A DNA stretch of 63,941 nt, filler included, from Barthelona sp. PAP020 (Eukaryota): the NCBI GenBank assembly GCA_040182905.1. It is 3 parts of 3 records of this genome, joined end to end, with 100 filler letters (N's around TTAATTAATTAA, not from the genome) between each part and the next. Parts side by side here need not be neighbours in the genome. Positions count along the whole stretch, not along the records: positions 1 to 23,584 come from JARQWU010000165.1; 2 more parts are not named here. One strand, 5' to 3'. Positions 10,773-20,700 of the stretch are shown piece after piece (position 1 is the stretch's first letter; each line of letters begins with the position of its first letter). The notes under the pieces are model-generated. The model was not told where the DNA came from and did not search any database. It worked only from the letters and a program-made list of their open reading frames with translations. The position numbers and the translations under genes are program-made.

Positions 10773-13700
10773 CTAAAATTCATCATCAAAGTTATCAGCA
10801 AAATTATCAGCAAACTCATCCGAAAAACCTTTGTTTATATCATTGGAAGATGTTTCATCCACAATTCCCACTGTCTTTGATTCAACAATGATCGAAGTTG
10901 CATAATTATTCTTAATAACGACCACAGAATCTTTTTTCTTTTCTTCATTAGTCTTGGAAAGGTTTGAAACATTTGAATTATGTGACAATTCTTCCTCTTG
11001 ATTTTCAACCTCGTTTATCTCGGTGTTTTCTTCAATATTTTTTTCTTTTTTTTCCATTTTTGCATCTACTACCACTGTATCTTTTTCTTCTTCGTTTTTA
11101 ACGTATTCTTTTTCTTCATTTTTATATGATATAAAGACACTTTTATCTTTGATGTCCTCTGTATCCTTTTTATTAATATCCGATACAGGTTCTTTCACAT
11201 CAGTATTTTGTTGTTTATCTGTGGAATCAAAATTTGATGGGGTAGATTCTTCTTTAACAACTGATATTGATGCAATGTGAGTTTCTATGCTTGTATCAGC
11301 GTTGATATCTGTATCAACATCAGATTTCGAAACGTTTGAATGTAAGTCCGTAAAATGATCAACCTGATTGTCTTTTTCTTCAACAAAAGAGACTTTTGAA
11401 GTATCCTTTGATTTACTGTTTTCTTCTATAAGTTCATTTGATGTGGTTTTTGCTGACTCGGATAAAACGGGTAATTTAAAGTTGCTATCATCTTTAATTA
11501 CTTCTTCTTCTATTACTTTGGCCTTCTCCAAATCTACATCTGTGCTATCACCCTTTAATATTGGCTCCATTAGTGACTCTAGCTTATTAATATCACCATT
11601 TTCATCATCATTTGAAATAGCTTCCTTCTCAGCGTTTCTACCCTTATTAAATTGAAATATAGGAGTTTTTATCTTTGTTTGATTAATTTTTTTGCTAATG
11701 CTAGTTGTATTTTGTTCAATAGGTTTGAAAAAGCAAGCAATGCAAGTCGAAACTTCTTCATCTTCAGTCTCATAAAAGTCAAATAGTTTCAAAGAGGAAG
11801 ACAACCCTTGTTTGCTTAATACTGAGGCATCAATTTCACCTCTCAACTCATCATCACAAAATATTCCCATATTCTTCCGATATTTACCTTGTTCAACCAA
11901 AATGTCAACAGGAAAATGAGTAATCCCTAGTAAAACGTTATTAACATAAATTTTCAATGATATGATGGACAATTCATCCAAAAATTCAAAATATCTTTTT
12001 TGAGAAGCCTGAAAACCAATGTTGAAAAACACTTTGAATGAGGCTACTTTTGAGACATCCATATCTATGTTTGGTTCTTCTTCTTCTGATTGAATGAGAA
12101 ATTGAACTTTTTCAAGAGATTTAAAATATAGGGTGTCGTCAATGTCAAATCGTAGCTCATCGTCCCTCTTTAATGAAAATCCATCAAACAATGATATTTT
12201 GCTAAGAAAAATGGATATTGTGAAATGATTCACCGTCGAATTCAAGATATGTTCAACATTTAATGTCTTTGAGGGTGGAAACCATTCTTTCAACAAATCC
12301 AATTCTATCGCTTCTTTAGGTTTTATCATGTTCAACCATTCTGTGCTAATTGGTTCAGGAGCATAAAAAGATGGTGCTGGAATGTATATTCCTTTAAAAT
12401 CTGATTTCAGTACCTCAACCAAACGAAGGTCACAGGCCTTAACTTCATCAAACCCAAACGAAACTCTAAATCTGCAACGTGGTAATATATCACTGACAAT
12501 CATACAAGTGAGTTCATGTTTAGACAAAGGTTTATCAATTGCTTTGGATAAATCCAGATTAAAATGACCTAAAACTTCACAATCAGGTGCCAATATTTTG
12601 AACTTTATCGTTTTCATTGCAAAAAATACATATAATGCTTGTTCAGATGAAAATATATATTTTAAAAAGGTTTTATTAACATAAGACATCGTTCTTCGTG
12701 TATATGTATCAAGTTGAGGTATCAATAATGGTAGCACAAAATTTTGCCCAAAAATAGTAGTTTGAAGCCCATATCTATTGGATATAGGATATTTACTCTG
12801 AATAGGTTCAAAACCTTGAACACCATGAAACACAAAGAAGAGTTTGTACATTTTCATTATTGGTGAAGTGTTATCAGGAATACCTTTCAAATCAAAATGG
12901 TAAGGGTTCAATAATGAATCTTCTGCTATTGAAGATGCAGATCTTACACCTAAAGGAGCATCAGGAAATACGAAACCATCATCACTTTCATCGATCTTTG
13001 TTCCAATTTCTTTTAAATACGCCTTTTCAGTTTCAATCAGCTTCATTTCAGCCATGTATAACTCGTAACATACTTTACAAACATAAACACGACGATACAC
13101 ATGTATACCTGTTGAACTCTCAGAAATATGGGGTGTTACAGGCAAGTGAAGATCAGTTCTTTCCATCCAAGGCAATTCAACTCCCCGTTGATACAAGTGG
13201 TTGACCATTTTTTTTATCTGCCCAAGGTTTAAAAGGTCAGTCAATTCTGTAGATCTGTAAGCTGCTTTACAGGCACCACATGCAGTCATCTTACGATAAG
13301 ATGATTCATCTTTATTCTGTCGATATCCAATCGAAGTAGGTACTCGTGTCAGCAATTTAAAGGCCTTTATTTGTAATAACCACCACCTATTTTGATCATC
13401 TCGGGTAAAATCAGTGACAAGAGTCTCAAAACGAACACCAGGAGTAACTCTTTCAACATGTTTAGCTATCTGCCTTGTTAGTTTTGCCAGTTCATCCACT
13501 GCTGAGGAAGACATCTTGAATATAGTACATCCTCCATGATTCTCAGTGTTAAGCAAATATCTGCTGGAGATGTTTCTCTCTGACTCATCATTCATAGCAC
13601 GATGATTCGTGGCCATATGAGCAAACGCAGGTTTATCTGGACTCCATGTACATCGACAAATAAAGGCTCGATGTGATCTGGGCTTAATGAATCTCTGCAC

Positions 13701-14354
13701 AACTTGTACAGTATCAGACGGTGCTGTAGAAGAAACCACAGCCGTTGCTCTTAGTTCTCGTGTATCTAATAATGTAGTTTCGGTTGAATGAAGAGGATTA
13801 AACTTCTTTTTCTTTAAAACAGCTACAACCTTGCTATTGGGGACAGACAGATCTCCTAAAGCAGCAACAACATCCTGTGGAGTAAATATATCTTTCCTAT
13901 GAACTACACCTGAAGGTGAAGACGCCAACCATACTCCATAAGAACCGTTTTTTGTCTTCATCCCATAAACTATGGTATCAGGAATTAATAATCTCAACTT
14001 TTGACCACCAGATGCGATTTCCCTCCAAGAACCACTCGGAGCAGGCGGTGTACCTCTACACAAAAATTGATAAAAATTAACACCTCCTTCAATATTAAAC
14101 GGAGTATCAATACCTAATTGAGGGTAATCTCTACATTGAAATTGATTCATTAATTGTTTGTATTCTCTTATTTCTTTTGAAATTTGATCGGCAACATGAG
14201 TGTTATCTGGATCAATTTTCTGTCTTAATTCTTTTCCATGGTCTAAAACAAATCGCTCAGATTTTGTACCTGTAATTTCATTTGTGTTATCGGTATAATT
14301 TGATGATGATTCTAAAACATGATATAATTCTGGTTTGTTGTGTTGTAAACTCAT
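10773..14354 (-). CDS. Hypothetical protein: ATP-grasp/TTL-like N-terminal region, CxxC..CxxC Zn site, C2-like regions, acidic tail (1193 aa)
   Basis: Long ORF containing VVQRFIKP and LVTDFTRDDQNRWWLLQIKAF (ATP-grasp-like), CGAC and CKVC, C2-like strands (IKFKIL..VLGHFNLDLS; LKIYVNNVLLGITHFPV) and a D/E/K-rich C-terminus. The CDS is solid; the domain calls are tentative. Confidence 0.8.
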   Translation of the reverse strand: MSLQHNKPELYHVLESSSNYTDNTNEITGTKSERFVLDHGKELRQKIDPDNTHVADQISKEIREYKQLMNQFQCRDYPQLGIDTPFNIEGGVNFYQFLCRGTPPAPSGSWREIASGGQKLRLLIPDTIVYGMKTKNGSYGVWLASSPSGVVHRKDIFTPQDVVAALGDLSVPNSKVVAVLKKKKFNPLHSTETTLLDTRELRATAVVSSTAPSDTVQVVQRFIKPRSHRAFICRCTWSPDKPAFAHMATNHRAMNDESERNISSRYLLNTENHGGCTIFKMSSSAVDELAKLTRQIAKHVERVTPGVRFETLVTDFTRDDQNRWWLLQIKAFKLLTRVPTSIGYRQNKDESSYRKMTACGACKAAYRSTELTDLLNLGQIKKMVNHLYQRGVELPWMERTDLHLPVTPHISESSTGIHVYRRVYVCKVCYELYMAEMKLIETEKAYLKEIGTKIDESDDGFVFPDAPLGVRSASSIAEDSLLNPYHFDLKGIPDNTSPIMKMYKLFFVFHGVQGFEPIQSKYPISNRYGLQTTIFGQNFVLPLLIPQLDTYTRRTMSYVNKTFLKYIFSSEQALYVFFAMKTIKFKILAPDCEVLGHFNLDLSKAIDKPLSKHELTCMIVSDILPRCRFRVSFGFDEVKACDLRLVEVLKSDFKGIYIPAPSFYAPEPISTEWLNMIKPKEAIELDLLKEWFPPSKTLNVEHILNSTVNHFTISIFLSKISLFDGFSLKRDDELRFDIDDTLYFKSLEKVQFLIQSEEEEPNIDMDVSKVASFKVFFNIGFQASQKRYFEFLDELSIISLKIYVNNVLLGITHFPVDILVEQGKYRKNMGIFCDDELRGEIDASVLSKQGLSSSLKLFDFYETEDEEVSTCIACFFKPIEQNTTSISKKINQTKIKTPIFQFNKGRNAEKEAISNDDENGDINKLESLMEPILKGDSTDVDLEKAKVIEEEVIKDDSNFKLPVLSESAKTTSNELIEENSKSKDTSKVSFVEEKDNQVDHFTDLHSNVSKSDVDTDINADTSIETHIASISVVKEESTPSNFDSTDKQQNTDVKEPVSDINKKDTEDIKDKSVFISYKNEEKEYVKNEEEKDTVVVDAKMEKKEKNIEENTEINEVENQEEELSHNSNVSNLSKTNEEKKKDSVVVIKNNYATSIIVESKTVGIVDETSSNDINKGFSDEFADNFADNFDDEF

Positions 14355-14701
14355 ATTTTTTTAAGTTTTCATTGGAAACTATCGAAGATATTAATACAAA
14401 TAAAGAAGTAAAAGGTTTTTTTTTTAAAACTGAAATACTTATAAATTGTTTTTCTGGTAAAGATACATATATTTATGAAGATATTAATGATAAAGAATGT
14501 GATGGGAGAAATGAGGCATAAGTAAAACAAACAAAAACATTCACTATTCAATATTCACACAAAAAAGTTTTTTTTGTGTCAAAGTCAAAAAGGTAAACTC
14601 ATTTTTTGTTCAAATAATAGTCAAAAAATAAAATTTTTATCAAAAAAAAGAAGAATATAAAAATTTTATATAAAAAATTTACAAATTTACAAATTTACAA
14701 A

Positions 14702-17700
14702 TTAAAGACAAGTTGAATCAACAAATCCAATCATTTTTAACAATATTTCAAAGGGGAAATTGGTAAAATAGTGAAATAGAGTGAAAGAATTTGTTGAATC
14801 CTTCAATTCACATGTGAAAGTTTTGTGTTTAATTTTTAAATTTTCTAAAGTATCTTTTTTACAAACATGCAAATTGAGATTTGGTAAATTAATGTGTGCA
14901 CCCAAAGAAAATGTTATTTCAGTAGGACTAGCTTCATTTTCTTTTTGTAGAATCGAATTTTTAACTTTGACACAATTTTTCAAAGCCAAATTATTCATAA
15001 TAATCAATTTTTTTGTGCAATTTTGAAGATCTATTTGATAGTTGTCTGGAATCAATAACAAAGACAATTCTTCATCAGAGTTAGATTTCAACAGAGTTTT
15101 AGCGTGAGTTAAAAAGAATTTGACCCAAAGGTCTCTATAAATAAGGGCAGAAAATTGGATCTTCATTTCCTCAATATGTTGAAAAAATTCTTTTTGGGAG
15201 ACACAATTACTGGTTTGTTCGATAAAATTGCTGAATATACTATACTGATCTGAAACAATTTCAGCTAAATCGATCAAATTTACGCGTGAATTCAATCGCG
15301 AATCAATAATCTTGGAATGAATAGTTGGAGGACATTGCATCCAGAGTAAGGGTTTTAAAGCTCTCAATAAAATAGGAGGTGCAATTTCAGCATTCAATAA
15401 TGAATACAATATGAGATTGTTCATTGAATTAATCGATATTTTACCTGCTAATCCATCCGCTAAAGAAGTAAGCTGACTCAAAAATAAAGTACGAACATGA
15501 TTCAAAGCATAGAACTCAAAAAGAAAAATAGAGGTCAATAAATTCGTTGAACGGTACACATAATGATCAGCGGGGATCTCCAACGTATTCCACAAGTAAT
15601 CTTGCAATTGAGTTAAATTATCCATTAATAACGAGGAATCGTTATTCTTTCTCAACATTTGAGGTTTGCCAAGTAAGAATAAAACAAGTCGATTGAAATT
15701 CATTATTAATTTAGAAGGGATGACCGAATGTTGACACCAACTACCAATGTAAATTGATAAATTGTTCAACTCTTCATCATGGTTTCTCAACCAATTTCTC
15801 AATCTCAGGAAACTCAAATCTCCACTAGTACTCAATCTTCCAAAGAATTTGCTCTCTTCATCCGCATAAATAATACGTGTGCAAAAATGACGACAAAAAC
15901 CCAATAATTCATCATTGGAACTCAAACCTTGGAAAATTGTTTCAAACAAATGGTCAATAAACTGTTCCTTGGACATAATCGAAAAATACTTCTCAGCAAT
16001 CTTGCAACCATGAATCACAGTTGAAATTGGCAAGCTGTAGTTGTTATCGGCGGTAAAAAACATAGAAATACATGCGTATAACAAACAAATTCTGATGTAT
16101 GGATCTGCAACAGATGTTTTTGGCACATGTTGAGTGCATTCTAGGAGTGATTTCAAAAACAACTGTTTAAAGACCAAGGGAAAAGCAAAAGGCCATGTAA
16201 TATAATCAAATTCAACAGCTGTACCTGGTATTAAAGCAGCTTTTAATACATTAGTTGCTAGTTCTTTATTATGAACACTTTTGACTAAAAACAGTCGTTT
16301 TTGATGATTTGAACAAGAATCAACCAATAATGAAGCTAATTGAGGTTTAAGATCAACATCAAACAAAGCAATATCTACAGCAAATTCAGGCAATTCAATT
16401 GAAGAGTCTTCTATGATGAAAGCATTTGGTGGTACATTACCTCTTTGCGTATTGGGAACAATAACAAAGTCATAACCTTCAAAACTGATAGTTGACAATG
16501 TAGAACCATCTGAACGAATCGGAAAGTCAAAATCATGACTGTTAGCTTCCAAAGACAAAGCAGTAAAGCCAAGAATATGAGATAAAAAGTAGTTGGTCAT
16601 TACGGGTATTCTTTCCTTTCGTTGAACACTTAAGATCAAGAATTCTTCGAATTTAAGATTAATATCATCGATTATATTGAGATTATAGTTAGTTTTGAAA
16701 TAGTTGATTGTTTCAGGCTGATTATTGTGAATCCAAGCTTCAAATGACCCATCCATCAACCCATTTTGTATTATTTGCATTGTATTAACGTTTAAGTTAT
16801 CTAACAGAACGTCTATCGAAGCAATAGTACCATTTATTATCGAACTAAACAGATTCATTTTTTCTGCTGGAATTATACCTAACTTTTCAGTAATTAGGAG
16901 CCCAAAGACTAACCTTTCTGTTTGAGTGAATTTATTAACAATACCATTGGCTAAATAACTGAAGATACTTCGAATTGTTTTCATTGTTTCATCAGAGATT
17001 TTGGTTGGAGAATTTTGTTCATCATTCAAGAAATCTTCAAAGCGAATGTCATCATTTGAATAGAATTCATTGACATATTTACTGGTTCTTTGTAATGTCC
17101 AATTAAATGAAGGTGAAATGAATATTTTATTGGACAATTCAGCAAATTTCTGGGCAGCTGCTAAGAATCCAGCACTAATTGTACAATCAATAGTAATTTC
17201 ATTAAACATTTGATTCTCTATTAAATCAATTAAACTATAAACAATCTTATTAACAGTATCATGAGTTTCAGTTGTTTCAACCAATTTGCTTAAATCCATA
17301 AACATTGCATCATCATCAAAAACATCAACAGTTTTAGGTAATTCACTGAAAAATTCAACGATATTGTTCTCCATTTGATTCTGTTTTGCTCTTGTTGATA
17401 ATATCATGGTTCTCAACGCACTATATACTTGTTCTGATGTTTCATCAAAATCATTGACAATAGAGCGATGCAATAATGTATCTAATGAATTTTGTTGTGG
17501 ACTAAGATGTATTGTAACAAACATATTAAATACTGTGTTTAGATATTTTACATCCAAAGGATTTATTAGAGATAGAACAATAATTTGACTGCTTCCATCG
17601 ATTTCATACGTATCATTTCCAAATCTAAACCCAAAATTATCACTGGTCAATGCCATTTTTTTCATTAATTCAAGCAAAGCAAAAGAGATCAATTCTATGT

Positions 17701-20700
17701 TATCAAAACTGTTTATAATGATAGTTTCACCTTTTGAAGCTAAATCAACAACCTTCTTATCTAAATCATCATCATAAGCATTAAACATGACATAATTTTT
17801 CTTTATCACTTCAATTAATTTCACACCTATGTCGAAGATATCAAACATTACAACAATACGTTCAGAAGCCAATAACACGATTGAACTTATCAGTAAAGGG
17901 TCAAAACAATACGCACATAATCCAGTAGATAATGAGGATAATACCGGAATGTCCTTCAAATGTTCATACAACTTGAAAAGATTGGGACGATTGATCATCG
18001 AAGGACCACAAGCATTTGGTGTGTTAGGTGTACCATCAACAATCGTTTCATTACCAACAATATATGCTGTACTGTATAAACTGTTAGTACAAGCACTTTC
18101 AACTTTGGTATCAATAGAACAGGTTTGTTGTTCAAAGATTTCAATGTCACTATCTGATGAGTTTCCATTCAAATAATTCAAGTCTCGCTCCTCAATCTCA
18201 TTAGCAGGATAACCATCCACAACAATATTGTCATGATTATCATCTTGAGGTGAGAGTGGCGTAAGATCATTGTCCATACAATCCGAAAAGATAGAATTAG
18301 CCTTTGAATATGACATGTACGTCAAAATATCATTTTGTATTGTTTCGGCATTCTCATTGCGTTTTTGAATGTAGTGTTCGATATTTTCGAAATCGTTGGG
18401 TAAAATCGGAGTTACAGCTGAGAAACTTCGAGAACTATATCTGTTAAAGTCTCTGTTTTCTTTAATATCATTTGTTTTTTCAAAACTATTAATGGTAGGT
18501 TTTCCACAGCGTGCACCACAAATCTTTGAATTCAAATTGTGTGTGTGATTACCAATGAAATTAAATATTACATCAATATCAGCATCTTTCAATATTTTTT
18601 TTGTTCCGCACCTTTCATAAAGTGCTTCACTTGTCTCCAATAATTGAAATAACCCATAAAAACTTAATGTTTCAGTAAAACCTTCCTGAATTTCAGGTAT
18701 TAACCCTCGACTAGACAAATCTAAGACTGAAAACCTCAATAAGTTTTCTCTCGCTTCACTGGGTAACCAAACACACAATGTTAAGATTACCGAATTCATA
18801 CAGGATAAGGCTAAATTTGTTAGTTTCGAATCTAATATATTATTTATCTCATAACCAACATTTGCTTCATTCTCTAAATTTGAGTCCAATCCAAGAGTAC
18901 AAGTTAACACGTTTAGTTCTTGTTCCCAATTCTTTCCAATAGAAATCATAAAAGTTTGAACTTTTTCTAACTTTTCAACTGACTTTCTAGCTTCAACCAT
19001 TTTCTTCTCCAATTTAAATTTCTCTTCCAATAACTCTTCATACAGTTGAGAATTCTTCGCTAATGTGGAAGTCAACGTTAATTCAGAATGTTTTGTGGTG
19101 CGAATTTTTGTAATTATCTGTTGATGTTTATGTGAATTTTCAATTATTTCTTCATCCAAAGTTTTGATTTTTTTGTGAGAAATGGACAAATTGTTGATAT
19201 ATTGTGCTAAAACCAGAATAAATCTGACAACATCATTTGTTTCACTGATTTTCAAATCTTTGACTTCATTATACCCATTTAACAATAATTTCAAAAGATC
19301 TTCTGATAGCATTCTATCTAAATTCTCTTCTACGAATTTTATTAATAATTCATGTGAAAAAAAAATAGATTTCAATGATTGCAAGGTGTTCTTTTGATCA
19401 TTATGGTCCCATTCCACACCTTCTTTTATAATATAAAAGCATTGAAGAACCTCATTCAATTTTTCCATGATAGCTATAGAACTGAACATTTCAACTTTTT
19501 CTGACATTGTCAATCTTCCTAGTTCCAACAAATACCTATCAATAACTGATTTATGTATCATTTTTGTCTTTAAATAGTCATTTTGTACTTCAACCAATTG
19601 ATCGTTTAAATACTTTATGATAGACGCTAATTCATCTCGATATTCTTCATCTTTTTCAAAATTCAGTACCAATTTGTCTCTTGAAACAGTGTTTGTCCCC
19701 AAAGCTAACACTAATTCACTCAATCTGTTTTCTATTATTTTCAATCTTTTGGGTATGGCATTCAAAACATCATTTCTATCAATAATAGCATCATTCATAT
19801 ATGTATTAAAGGTCATTGCATCTTTTAATTTGATCAAACGTTTCATACTGGCCTTAGCAGACAATGCACAGTTTTCGATAAAACTCTTGAGATATTTTTG
19901 AAATATTGATCTGGTAAAGGCATTTTCAACAGAATTCTCTAAATTTTTATGAACATAATTTTCAAATACACTTACTTCACAAAAATAAGTTGGCTTTTGT
20001 GATGCTGTTAAATCGACAAAATGTTTAAACGTTGAGGCAAAATGATGCATCAAATTTGAAGTTCGATCTCTGGTGAAGATATTATGCAACAAGCCTAACG
20101 TTTCTTCATCAAAACCTAACAATGTGTATAGTTGTGGCATGGTAGAAGTGACAGCAAATAATAAATCACTGGTGCTTATCTTTAATTGTGGAAATATAAA
20201 GGAAGGAACTGATATTTGAGCAAAATACGTGTTTAAACGAGGATCTAATAAAAACTCCTTTCTTATATCCAAGAATACGTGAAAATTCTTCTCAAGTCTT
20301 TCCATTATCTTACGATTCAAATGAACTCTATTGTCAATCACTTTTACAAGATCCTTTTTACTGAACCATTTAATGCATTCAGTGTAAAACTCTGGAAACT
20401 CATACAATATGTAATCTAAGATGGTTGCATTTGATTCTGAATATGATTCAAATGTAGCAATGGTGAAAGCGTGAGGAAAGATGTTCAATTCTCCACTAAT
20501 AGTTTTTTTTATAGTGGTAGAATCCAACAAACAACAAGCTATATCATCATTAATTAATGCAGCTCTTAACAAACTGGTAAAGTCTTCAACTTTTTCAACA
20601 TTAACAACGGTTGGACTTTTACCACATAAACCTAGCAATTGAAAAGCCAATGTAATGAGAAATTCTTTATTTGGAAAATTGGTTCCTAAAAAGAACATGT

